Origin: Gracilinanus agilis
Taxonomy: Eukaryota
NCBI RefSeq assembly: GCF_016433145.1
Contig: NC_058132.1
Location: 599,365,893-599,428,678, forward strand
Length of the DNA: 62,786 nucleotides
Direction of reading: 5' to 3'
In this document: piece after piece, positions 48,525 through 60,539 of the stretch
Layout: each line of letters starts with the position of its first letter
Numbering within the stretch: position 1 is the stretch's first letter
The notes under the pieces: generated by a model
Told to the model about the DNA's origin: nothing
Databases searched by the model: none
The model's input: only the letters and a program-made list of their open reading frames with translations
Position numbers and translations under genes: made by a program

Positions 48525-48790
48525 TTCTTTAAAAACCTCCATGACAAGGAATTCACTGCCTCCAAATGTGACCCATTCCACTTTTGAACAGATCTAGTTA
48601 TTAAGAAGTCTTTCTTTATATTATACAAAATCAACCTTACTATAATTTCTACCACTTAGTGCTAGTTCTGCCCTTTGGAGGCAATCAGAATATGATTAAT
48701 CATCTTCCCTACAATAACTCTTCAAACCTTTGTAGACCGTGATTGTCTTCTTTTTTTCCCTCACAGAAAATATCCCAATGCCTCTTAAGT
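48525..48790 (-). mobile_element. L3/CR1 3' fragment
   Basis: aaaacctccatgacaaggaattcactgcctccaaatgtgacccattccacttttgaacagatctagttattaagaagtctttc…ctagttctgccctttggaggcaatcagaat. Confidence 0.8.
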
Positions 48791-49524
48791 CCGAGATGAG
48801 AGTAGAATGACTGTTTTCTGTTGTGAAAAGGTAGTAGTTAATGTATACCTTGTTTTCCTCTGGAAAAGACCAGATCATAAGCTATTAGGTATCTCAAAAT
48901 TTCCCACAGTAAATCATTCCCAATCTCAAAACTTGGACTAATGACCTTTAATTTATCATTGCAATAATTTTTCAGCTCTCTTGGGTGTTTAATAATAAAC
49001 ACAGTTTTCTTATTTGGAACATTTCTGTTTATTTTTATTATTTATTTTAAGTCATTTTGTCCCATGAAGAATTCAGTCAACTAAAGTTAATTTGATTACA
49101 AAACCAAACTAGGGTTCTTGTTTCAAAGTTACAAAATATTAAAAATAGCTTAAATTATATTCATCAAATAGGTTACTTTATAAAAATGACCCAAAAATCT
49201 AAAAATTTAGGAATTGTGACAAGAATTATTTGATCATTTTGATATTCATAAAGATGTGTCATTATTGTAAAACAATAGTAGTTTCCTTTGAAAATAAAAT
49301 AATATATTCATAACATAAAGAAACTTTAAAAGCAATATAGAAATGTCATTCATGCAGTGAGTTCTAAATAATATACATATGTCAAATGAATCCGAGCAAT
49401 AAAAATAAAGCTGATTAATGATTCAGAAAGTACCTGTATAGTTTTTCTGTCCATGATTGGAAGAATACATTGGCATTATCCCTTTTAGCCACTGGTAAAT
49501 CTAGTTTCCAGGCAAGGTTAATGC

Positions 49525-50745
49525 ATTATTATTCAGTCAGTCAACAAGAATTTAATAGGTACCAGCTATGTGCTAAACTGTGGTATGTCCTGGGGATGCA
49601 AAGACAAAAAACAACAAAAAAAATCACATCTTTTTCTTTGAGAAGATTACTTCTCAAATTTTCATTTATTCTACTGAGAGAAACAGCAGACATGAACATA
49701 GTAAATACCAATATGTATACAAGGTTAAATATAAGGTAATCTTTTAAAGACAAAGAGGGAGGCTTTACTAGGCAAGGAATTAGTAAAGATTTCACTAATG
49801 AGGGATACTTGGGTTTAGCTTTTCCAGAAACTAGGAAATCTAAGAAGTAGAGATAAAAAGAAAGTAAATGAGGGACCTCTGAGATAGAAAATGGTATGTC
49901 ATATATCAGTGTATGTGTATGTGTGAGAGAAAAAGAGAGAGACAGAGACAGAGACACAAAGACAGTGAGACAGAGACAGAAATAAGTAAGTAAACTAGTT
50001 TGGCCTCTAGACCAAAGAGGATGTTTAAAGGGAGTAATATGTGATAAGTATGGAAAGGGAGATTAGAGTCAGACCATGAAGAGTGAACAGAATAATGTAT
50101 GTTTTATCCCAGAGTCAGTAGGGAGACACTGAATTTTCTGAGCAGAAGAGTGACAAAGTCAGACTTGTGCTTCAGGAATATTACATAGGCACCTACATGG
50201 AGAATATATTTGAGAGGGAAAAGGCTGCAGACAAATTAGGAACCTATTGCAATAGTACAGGTAAGAGGACATGAGGACCCCAACTAAAGTTTGTGCCAGG
50301 ATTTTTTTCCTGAAATAGGGCAGATAGAAGGTATGCTGAGGAGGAAGATTCCTTAGGTCTTGGATATTGAATGTATTTCTGGGTAAGGCAAGGACAAAAA
50401 AGACTTGAGAATGATTGTAAGGATAATAGTGCCTGTGACAGAGGTGCAGAAGTTAGGAAGAGAGCATATTTAAGGAGAAAAAGTGAGTTCTGTTTTGAAT
50501 ATTCTGAAATTGAATTGCCCTTGGGCCATACAAGTGGAAATTTTTATTAGTTGGTTGGAGATATAGGACTAGAGTTCAGGAAAATTGAGATAACATCTCA
50601 ATATATATTCATTTTTAAAATATCTGCATAGAGATAATTGAAGTAATAGTAGCTGATGAGATTACCAGAGGGAGCATACAGAGAGATGAGAAGAGAACTC
50701 AGGACAGAGCCTGGGGGTACACTTACAATTAGCTGGAAGGACATG
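49525..50745 (-). mobile_element. L2 LINE, about 1.2-kb 3' segment, containing a (TG)/(GACA)-rich microsatellite at about 49910-49985
   Basis: attcagtcagtcaacaagaatttaataggtaccagctatgtgc…gggagacactgaattttctgagcagaagagtgacaaagtcagac…gaacctattgcaatagtacaggtaagag…gagaagagaactcaggacagagcctgggggtacac. Confidence 0.85.
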
Positions 50746-53070
50746 GATGACAATAAAAAAATTAATCATAATTTTTTAAAAGTGTTGATAATTAACTTTC
50801 CCTGAAATCCTCCTCTTTCCATGTCCTTTCGTGGTATAGAGGTGTTGGTGAGTTAGCCTTGGGTTCAGACACTGTACCAACAAATTCCAAGTTCTAGCAG
50901 ATATAACCAAGTTGCCAAGAATCTAAATCCCAACAGGCAAATGGGCTTCAGGCTTATCACTCTACCACCAACCCAGTCCACATCTGAGAAGCACATTCTT
51001 AGAAGACTGGTCATCAGGTGATAAATTTGGCAAGACCCCAGTGATTTTGTGAAGCCATCTGGAGGTGGGATTCAGTGTGGGATTGGGGGAATATAGTATG
51101 CTTATAAATAGAAGGTATCCCATGGTGATAAGATTATAGACCTCTTGGAGAAGAATCAAATATGTCATTATATTCTTTTGGATTTTCAAAAACTTCAAAA
51201 TTAATATACAATCCACCCAATATTCTTTCCCTGAGTTGTCAGTACTCAAATGGTTATTACCTCTTAAAAGTGAAGAAAACTCTGATATACTGTTTTCTTG
51301 ATTAAAAAAAGTCATCATAATGTGTTAATGAATATTATCAGTAACTGAAGTTGAGTGATTTGCATCTTTGAACCAAGGTTTCATGGATAAAAGGAGACTC
51401 TTTTTCTCAATGATAGAGTATTACCTTGTGTCTGGGAATAAAATGCTTAGAAACAAGACTTGAAAGCAAATGTAATGCTACCCTTTTGTTTCTTTAGTCT
51501 TAGAGAGAACAAGTCACCTTGTATAATATTGTGCTCAATCTAAATAGATTATTCCTTGGTGTCTTGGATAACTTAGAAACTTTTCTTTAGAGGTGGATAG
51601 CCATTTTTTCAGATCACTCAACTAAAACATATGGTATGGGACTGGGACCTAACTGTCCTTGGTTTTGTTTGTGCTGCTCTCACCCATAATCTGTACCTCA
51701 AATTAGTTCTGTACAAAGATCCACTTATGGTACAATTTTTCCTGATCCTTGAGGATGCTTCAGTCAAGGAACAAAAGGAAATTCATACAGCCACTACCAT
51801 TTCTTAGCTTTGCTTATGTTTTCTGTTAGATGGGGAAAATCATAATGATGTATCTAGGAATAGAAATGAAATGGAGAAGAATATGAGTTTTGGACTTAAC
51901 ATTGCTCTTTGGGGCTAGCCACTATAACCATAGTCCTTTTTTAGTCAGTCTCTGATTATAGGAAGAGATACACTTTATTTTCTTTTTTAACCAGATTGTA
52001 TAGTGGCCAGAGATGGATTGCCAAAAGGAATAGAATTTTTTGGATGAAAGGGATTGTAAATACTAACAAAAAGGATTTCTTCCCTAAGCCAGCTGTGCAC
52101 CATATTAAAAAAAAAAAGGAACATGAAAAATACTAATTTAAACTGCAGTAGCTTGAGAGTGTTTGGGCATTATTTTTAGAACATAGAAAAATAAGAGATT
52201 GCAATTTAACCATCATTCACAAAACAAATTCTTAAAAGAGCAAATAAAAGTTAATTTTCATGATTACAGATGATTTGAAAAACAACCACAAGAAAAAATA
52301 TTTCAAAGACTTCCTTTTCTTACTGCCAATTTCATATTAAATTAATTATTTTCAACCTAATTATAATGAAACTAGTAAAGCTACTGGCTATGTTTGGATT
52401 TCATTTGGACTTCCTATTAGAAAGATCATCTTTCAGAATTTAATAAGTGACTTTCAAATATTTAATGGTAGAATTTTTCATTAAATTAAAAAGGAATCAG
52501 AGTATTTTAAAGGACTACCTTATTTTTCTCATCAGTTTTGTCAAGCTTTATCAAAAAGACAAGCAAAAATTAAAATAGCTCTCTCTGCTTATTTTAAAAG
52601 ACATTAACACCATGAACTTAGCCAGAATCAGTCCCATATTTGTAATGTGTTCATTCTTTGGATTCCGAAAGTACATCGTGGTGGTAACGTTCAATACAAC
52701 ATCTTTCTTTCGAATGATTCACTTGACTACTTCAGAATCAGTCTTTTTAATATTTATATTTATTTCACAAGTGAGTTTTACTTTGTGTGATGTCAATTTT
52801 TGTGTCACCCAACAGTTTGTCTAGAGTTCTGCTTTGGGCAATTTGTTAATATAGATTGGAAAAGATAAACATTCCACCATTCTGGTCCCATGTATCACTA
52901 TACAATAAATGACACAATGTCATCAAATTGAATAATTTACAAGCATCTTTAGATCTCTTGAATACTTTTACATAGAAGAATGTGGTAAGTTCTCTTAATT
53001 AAATTGCACTGTGCCATGTGCTTTTTCCCTGAGGGTCTTTTGACCTTTCACCTCTTATTTTGTCTTGCAG

Positions 53071-53180
53071 GCACACCACTGTTAGTGAGGAGGAGCAGTG
53101 ACCCAGCGCTGAGCCCACCTGCTGACTCCCATCCAGGTGCTTCACACCCCAGTGACCAGAATCTGAAACCTGTTGTACCA
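53071..53180 (+). CDS. PARD3B: Internal coding exon of PARD3B (par-3 family cell polarity regulator beta), equivalent to human exon 4
   Basis: Acceptor cctcttattttgtcttgcag|GC and donor CCA|gtaagt; 110 nt, phase 1 in and phase 0 out. It reads (G)TPLLVRRSSDPALSPPADSHPGASHPSDQNLKPVVP. This matches my recollection of human PARD3B GTPLLVRRSSDPVPGPPADTQPSASHPGGQSLKLVVP (27/37 identical). The paralog PARD3 has SMPLHVRRSSDP instead. Confidence 0.96.
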
Positions 53181-54189
53181 GTAAGTGTCCTGCAGATCCC
53201 ATTTTTTATAGAAAAGATTTTAGACTAGCTAGCTTATTTGGTAATAAAAATGGGTATAAATGTGTGTCTACATATGTGTACATACACACACCAACACAGA
53301 TATACCTTCCATATATCCATACAAGGATTCTATCCTGTGCTCTTTCCTCCCTACTCCCTAGAAAACATGAATCTTATAAAAGTATCATATTTATGTATCA
53401 AATACATGTATTGTGCATCTTATAAAATATCAGAGAAAATTATATTTTTCTTTTGTATCTCTTTTTCAAAAAATTTATTATTATTACAAAATGGCCATTT
53501 AAGCCAATTTCACAGTATTTTGTATATATCGTGGGTTTTTAGTCTAAAAATAATTATTTGGACATTGAATGTTTAGGGGAAATCATGAATAGATGTACAT
53601 ATTTAAAAGTCATTATAGTTGACCAGAAGCAAAAATGTTACAAAGTTTCTAGGCTAAGTACCATGCCAAACTGTTTTTAAAAAATGCTTTCCCTATGATA
53701 GAAAAGTGACCATTTATTGCTTAGGTGAAAGATTTTAGCATATTTAGCCCAAAAGGGAGAGAGTGGCAGATAAGAATATATACTTAACTGTAGCATTTGG
53801 ATACTCATTTTGGATCCTCAGTTTTCCATTCTGGTCTCTTTCTTTGACCTTACACGAATTTGAATGGCATTGATGTGTCTTATAGGAGAGAAGTGTTCAT
53901 TTTTTATATATAATCAAATCGACCAGAGCTGACATTAATGACATTAGAGATAGAGGTAGAGGGTGACTGTTGTATATGTATTTTACATTATATCTTAATC
54001 TAATAGCCTTAATAATTCAGATTTCTAAAGTTGAATGAACCCCAAATTATTAGGCGTCACCAAACATTTCCGTGTTTCACTTGTTAAGGGGGGGGGGAGG
54101 ATTTAGGAATAGTAGAAAAGTTTCAAAGACTTTATCTCTGTTGACTCCAAAACTTAGTAACTTTCTAGTCTAGGTGACTGCATTTTAGA

Positions 54190-54320
54190 ACTGATAGTGC
54201 TGTCTAGCTAGGTGATTCTAGATATGTAATTTGTCTCACCTTCAATAGTCTCATTTTTTCTTCATCTTTCAAAGAGGCTCAATTAGTTCTCAAAGGGTTA
54301 ATTCCAGCTCCAGCATTCCT
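54190..54320 (+). mobile_element. MIR3-type SINE fragment
   Basis: ctcatttttcttcatctttcaaagaggctcaattagttctcaaagggttaattccagctccagcattc. Confidence 0.5.
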
Positions 54321-56019
54321 TCTGTGATAAACTCAATAACATTTACTTCTGTGATAAACTCAGTAATATTTACTTTTATAGCATTGAAGATATGCGCAAT
54401 GCTTTCTTCTTTGAAATAGTTAGTGAGACAAGGATGGACTCTAAAGCATCAGGGCTAAATTTTTTTTGAGGACACACATCCCCAGAAGGTCTTGCTCTGG
54501 GGTTCTGTGTTCTTTGCTCCCTACTCCCTAGAAAACTAGCAGAAATTACAAACCTTCTAACAAATGCCTATCTTCCCAAAGTCACATATCATGAGAAAAG
54601 GGTGGCCCCAACCCACTACTTTTTGTCAAAAGGAAAATTCTGGGTGTTGGAGAGTAGGCAAGCAAATAAAATTCATTTGTGTGACCTTTAAATGAGATAA
54701 GGAAAATACTTGGTGTCCATTTGGTACAACTTTACCCCAAGATGTCCCCATAGAGCTTAATTTACCCACCATTTGGACAATATGAGATTCATATTTTCAT
54801 TCTTTTAGCCAGAAAACATTGATTAAACACCTACTGAATAAGCACTATATTAGGTTATGTGTGGTGGAGAGTATAAAAGTTTTGATAAAATATAGCCCCT
54901 GCATTCATGAATCTTATAGTTTATTTAAGAGATAACAAACACACACCAATAAATATAATAGTATAATATTTCTTTGTAGGCACTTTAGAGAATTGGAAAG
55001 TATTGTGTGTAAAGTCCAAAGAGGAAGGTAGTTTTCAAGGACAGGAATAGATGGGTTTGAGGGGCTAGCAAGGAATCAGGGAAGACTTCACATTTATGTT
55101 TAAAGCTTGTAAAATGATTTAGGTTCCAAATAGTGTATGACAACTATAGATGTTTTAATGATTTGTTGCTAATTTTTAAATTTATGGATGGGTGGTATGG
55201 AAGGGAGGGCAAGGAGAATGTAAAAGAAGAATTATGCTAGAGATGAGACAAGCAGCTGTCAAGGATGATGTAGAGTGAATCGCTGCATTGGGAGGGAGGT
55301 TGGGGAAGATGGTTTCAGCCTCTAATTTATTTTGAACACTACTATTATGATTCTTTTTGGTACCTGATCAAGAGTAGCTATTACCTAGCTAGAAGTCACA
55401 TCCTCTATAGGTTGATCAATGATGACAAATCTGAATAGTGTATGATAATGTGGTCTTGCAATAATTAATAGGGAAAATAGATGTTTAAAAGAACTGCATT
55501 AAGTTGCAGCATGATTCAAAGTTCATGTTGGGAAGGGGAAAAACAGTAAATTTTCCATTTCTTTAACTTGAGGGTTTAGATGTATGTAATTGACAGATGG
55601 CAAAACCCCAAGTCGGTTATATTCAGTCATTCCTGAGAAATGAAACTAGCTTATAACCCAAAGCATAAGAAGCTGCAAGGATAAATATTTGACATACTTT
55701 GATTATGTTGAATTATTAGCTTTAAAACTACAGTTAATGATTGATATGTTTAGTTTTACTTTATTAAATTTACTTTCAGGAAAAAAGGTTTGGGTTTTTT
55801 TGTTTGGGTATGGAGTTTTTTGATTGCTGGAAATGTGAAATTGTAGAGTTGGCAAAGTTCCATTGGCTATTTGGTCAGTTCACTAATCATAAATTGATAA
55901 TTCAAGATTACACACTCCTTAAAAAATGTCAAAAGTGGAGGACAAATAGAAATAATTAGTTGTTTTATAGAAAATAAATAAGTGAATTTAATTCTAATTT
56001 AATTCTAGTTAGGGATAAG

Positions 56020-56245
56020 AACTAGACCTATGATTTCACTGAAATAAAGAACTCCCAGGTGAGGAAACTCTCTACCAATGCAAGCATCATCTTCCCTACA
56101 AATTATATCGCCTTAGGGAGATGCTTAGAGCACTGCTAGAGGTTGAGTAACTTTCCTAGTGTCACACTAGCAGTAGGTGTCAATGGTAGGATTTGAACCC
56201 AGGTCTTCTTGGCAATGAGGCCAGCTTTACATCCATGATGCCATG
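56020..56245 (-). mobile_element. Mar3-type marsupial CORE-SINE
   Basis: tgatttcactgaaataaagaactcccaggtgaggaaactctctaccaatgcaagc…gcttagagcactgctagaggttgagtaactttcctagtgtcacac…gatttgaacccaggtcttc. Confidence 0.8.
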
Positions 56246-56259
56246 AAATCTATAAAGAT

Positions 56260-56460
56260 CAGGAATTCTTAACTCTTAAATTCATAAATCCCAGTCTGTG
56301 GATACACTTGAGAGACTATATGAGCATCTATTTCAATAAATATGGCTTTCTTTATAGACTTTTGTACTTTATTTTATGCATTTTAAAACATTATTTTGAG
56401 AATGGGTCAGTAGGTTTCAACAGACTTCCAAGGAAGTCCATAAAGCAAAAAAATTCTTGC
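56260..56460 (-). mobile_element. Charlie4-like hAT MITE (old)
   Basis: caggaattcttaactc…tatttcaataaatatggctttctttatagacttttgtactttattttatgcattttaaaacattattttgagaatgggtcagtaggtttcaacagacttccaaggaagtccat; reverse of the 20.7-kb element. Confidence 0.68.
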
Positions 56461-57474
56461 TCTGGGTACTCCTTAGCATATTTCAAATTATAAATATAAG
56501 AAATAATAAAAATAAGAGCTAATAATAGATTGTGAGTTTCTTGAGAGCAGATACTCTCTTTTACCCCCTTTTGTATGCCCAATGGTTAGTATAGTGCTTG
56601 GCATATACTAGGTATGTAATAAATATTTATATAAAGACTGAGTCTTCATATTTGTAGCTTAGTGTAGCCCCAGATCCTAAATGGAAATTCTACCACGTAA
56701 AAACTCGTTTTCTTTTTTATGGTTTACCATCTGTGCCATGTGATATGGTGTCAGCCTTTGATTCTAAAACATCTGCATTCAAGTCCTGCCTTGGTATATA
56801 CTAATTAACCTATTAATGCCTCAGCAAATCTCTAAAACTACAAGTTACAGATAAAATGGTAAACTGTGTTGGTGGAGGGAATGTCTATCAGGAGTTTCCA
56901 AGACAAAGGAGATAATAAGCTTATCTGAACAAAAAAAATGTTATCTACTTCCTGTGGGACCCTGGGAAAGTCATTTACTGTTTCCTCAGTTTCCTCTCTT
57001 GTAAAATTAAGTAGGATGAGGAAATGGGGAACCTTTTTTTTCCCAAGAAAACTCCAAATGATGTCCCGAAGAGCCTGACATGATTGAGATAGTATGACAC
57101 CATTAAAATATTACATTACAAATTTGGGTGTATGACTTCTATAACATACCTGTATTGTACAGTATACTTCCCATTTCAGCACTGTGGGTGCTCAATGACT
57201 TAATGTAGATGGTTTTATGAGTTTCATGGCCAAAGAAAGAAAAATTGGTGACTAACCTAGTAATCAGTCTTTAAACAGAGTTAATTAAGGTGGTTCTCAG
57301 AAAACTACCTCCAAACTATCATTGGGTCTTTTGAGTGTGAACTTAGGTCATACCCAGGAACTGTCTATGAGAGCCCCCAGCATTTCATGCCATCTTGAAG
57401 GTGTTGGTCTAGGACTGTTGTGGAAGGTTTTGTTTTATTTTTTCTTGTTGCTCCAGATTCCATCTTATTGTTAT

Positions 57475-57560
57475 TTTTTAAACCCTTACTTCTGTCTTAG
57501 AATCAATACTAAGGACTTGTTTCAAGGTAAGGACTAGGAAATTGGGGTTAAGTGACTTGA
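57475..57560 (-). mobile_element. SINE1_Mdo-type SINE 3' fragment
   Basis: ttttaaacccttacttctgtcttagaatcaatact…ggactaggaaattggggttaagtgacttg. Confidence 0.7.
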
Positions 57561-57819
57561 CTCATCAAAGACAGCTCAAAGTGATTCAAATAGTGTGACT
57601 TTGTACATTTGTACAGTGAGAATTTGTACATTCAATGTACAAATGATAAGACTTGTCTTTAAAGTCAATTACTAATTTATTTTTGCTCTTGGTTCCCAAT
57701 TTATTTATTCAGAGACCAGAAAATTTTTATGGAATTTTATGGATTAAATTAAATTTAATTAAATTTATGGATTAAATTAAAAAATCTTTAAGGAATTTTA
57801 CATCATAGAAGACCAAAAA

Positions 57820-59075
57820 TTATTTAATTGCCAAATATGGTGGTCTTTTCTTAGTCTTTGATTTTTTCAACCCATCCACTGCTTTTGACACTTCTGAGCA
57901 TCCTCTCTTCCTAGATACTTTATCTTTTCAGGGTCTTCATGTCACACTTCCTCTTCTCATCTTACCTTTTTCCACCATTTGTTTTCCTTTGATCCTTCGC
58001 TGATTCATTAACCATATTATGCCCTCTAATTGTGAATATACTCCATGATTCTGTCTTGGGCTTTCTTTTTTCCTTATATGTATCCTTCCTTGGCAATGCC
58101 GTCAATTCATGGGTTTAACTACTCTCTCAATGCAGGTGACTCACATATCTTTATGTAGAACCAATCATTTCCCCAAGTTTCAGTCTATATCAGCTACTGA
58201 TTGAATGTGTAAGAAATAGCTCTAACTCAACATCAAAATTAAACCTATCATATTTTTCCCTCAAACCTTCCCTTCTTCCAAATTTCACTCTGTTCAAAGA
58301 ATTATCAGCCTTTCACCCTTCTAGGTTTTTAACATCAGCATCATCCTTGATTCCTCATTCTTTTTCATCCCACATAGCCAGTCAGTTCCCCAATTTTCCC
58401 ATTTTCTCACCTTTACAACAGCTCTCACGTCCAACCTTTTAGTTGAAGAGCTATCTCTTTCTTTCACATGTTCACCTCTTCTCTGGATTATTGCATTAGT
58501 CCCCTGATTGGTCTCCCTTCTACAAGTCTCTTACAACTCCAAAACACGTTATGCACTACTCCTAAAGTGATTTTCTTAGGGAAATCTAACCATGTCATTC
58601 CAACCAACTCCAATGATTTCCTTATTGCTTTTTGGATTAAATTTTATCTTCTAAGTGTAGTATTTAAAGCCCTTCATATCCTGGCCATGACCCATTTTTC
58701 CAGCCTCATTGAATATCACTTTTCCTCTCCCACACTGTGATCTAACAAAGTTGACCTTTTCTCTGTTCTTAACAAAAAAAATCCTCTATCTCTTCACCTT
58801 CATATTGATCATCCCCTATGCCTGCAATATGTGATCTCCTCATCTCTGTTTCACAGAATCACTTTCTAAAAGATGCAGCTCCAATGCCACTCTTTACACA
58901 AGTTTATTGATTTTTCCCTCAATTGTGAGTGCCTACACTTTCAAACTAGCTTTGATTTATTCCCTCCATATTTGCATGTATCCTTGTGGTCTTACATATT
59001 AGAATGTAAACTCTTTGCAAGTGGAAATTGTTTAATTCTTTGTATTTGTGTCCTCAGTTGATTGATTTATTATAG
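57820..59075 (+). mobile_element. L2 LINE, about 1.25-kb 3' segment including degraded RT-coding sequence
   Basis: ccactgcttttgacacttctgagcatcctctcttcctagatact (AFDT..H-like RT region)…ttcacctcttctctggattattgcattagtcccctgattggtctccc…attagaatgtaaactctttgcaagtggaaattg, then the tail. Confidence 0.85.
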
Positions 59076-60159
59076 TTCCAGCTCCAGCACATACTAGCAG
59101 TATTCTGTTGACAAGTCTTCATATCCATAAAATGGTGATTTTTGTAAAACTTGGGTTACCTATTCTATAGGATTTTGTGAGAAAATATCTTACAATCTTA
59201 AATATTCTCTAGAAATTTGACCTAATGTTATTATTCGTTTGATTTTTAAGATGTACTATAGGCCCAAGACCTGAAATTGTCATGTGCTTATTTGAGAATG
59301 AAGAGAGAATTCTAAAGTAGCTAAGTAACTGGGTTTGTGGTGGTAGTTTCTTAAGCCATCCTGCTAATTGCTACTGTTGTTTTTACCCCTTAATGAATGT
59401 TTGTAGTTTTGCATTTACTCCCTAAGGCAAATTGATCATGAAGGGTGAGTAAATTAAAAGTGTGTTTCTGGAAATTACAATTCTAAATTTGTTCTTGGAT
59501 AATAAATATAATCATTTGTTTCAGAGTGATTACCTCATGTCTATCCTGCATTGCTAAAGAACTTTAAGAAATCATTGGTTTACTTACCCATAGACTGTAT
59601 ATCTAACCATTCACTTTTTGGGTTGGGGAGAGAGAGCAGGGAAGGGAGTAAGGGAGGGAGAAAGAGGAGCCCTGTTTAAGGGAAGATAAATAAGATACAG
59701 AAGGCAGTGATTTTCATAGTTTGGTAAAATGATGGATAATATGGAGAGGCTTAGGATAATAAGGATGGTTAATGAAGTGTATACAAAAGAATGCTTTTTT
59801 AACGTTTCGATTTTCCTTTCTCTTTTTTTCCTAGCAAATATAGTTTGAATTAAGCATTTTGTTTTAATATAATAAGTTAAGGCATTATGACTGATATCTG
59901 TTAAAGGAGGACAAGTAAGTAAATCCCCAGGTGGCCATAAGAAAATTCAATTCAAAACACTTATTATGTACTATAAGTATTCACTGTTCTTAGCAATGAG
60001 GATGCAGAGAAAACAAAATAAAATATTTTCTACCCCAAAGAGTTAGAATTCCTGCTAGGAGACTACAACATGTAAAAAGAGAAGTCAATAGAAATATTAT
60101 GTATTCAGTACTTAAAGAGACTCAAGAAATCATCTAGGGAGGACATCTCACTTAGCTCT

Positions 60160-60365
60160 CAGTGCTTTCTGGATTCTACCCCTTTCTCCTGACCTTTTTT
60201 CATTATTTCCTTCCTCCCCTTCCCCTCAGTTTCCAGCATCCCTATATGTTTTGTCTTTATCCATTGTAATGTAACCTTCTTGAGAGCATGCTTGCTTGCT
60301 TGTACTTACATCCCCAATAGTTAGCACAGGGTCTGGTGTACAGTAAACATTTAATAAATGTTCCC
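60160..60365 (+). mobile_element. L2 3' end
   Basis: ccattgtaatgtaaccttcttgagagc…acatccccaatagttagcacagggtctggtgtacagtaaacatttaataaatg. Confidence 0.72.
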
Positions 60366-60539
60366 CACTTTCCCCACTTTAAACCCTCTCATTTCATAAA
60401 TAAAGGGAACTAAACCTTTTAGAGGTCAAGTGATCTGTGTAAAGTGAGAGTGGTAAAGTTGGAGTCCAAATTCAAGTCATGGGACTTCATAAGCAGCTAC
60501 TCTTTCTACTGACTATATCATACCACCTTTATATAATTT

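Larger units (their letters stand above)
1..53070 (+). other. PARD3B: PARD3B intron upstream of the exon (intron 3 equivalent, 5' end outside window)
   Basis: Ends in the canonical acceptor at 53069-53070. The preceding exon (…GGEIEVTPSALKL) was not found in the window. PARD3B is known for very long introns. Confidence 0.85.

Noticed and set aside
50800-51320. Unassigned block with a 118-aa minus-strand ORF, considered as an endogenous viral element
   Set aside because: No motif of bornavirus, filovirus, parvovirus or retrovirus proteins was recognisable. A TBLASTN/HMM search would be needed to exclude it fully.
57602-57641. TGTACA pairs as a glucocorticoid/androgen response element
   Set aside because: Spacers are 2 and 5 nt rather than the required 3 nt.
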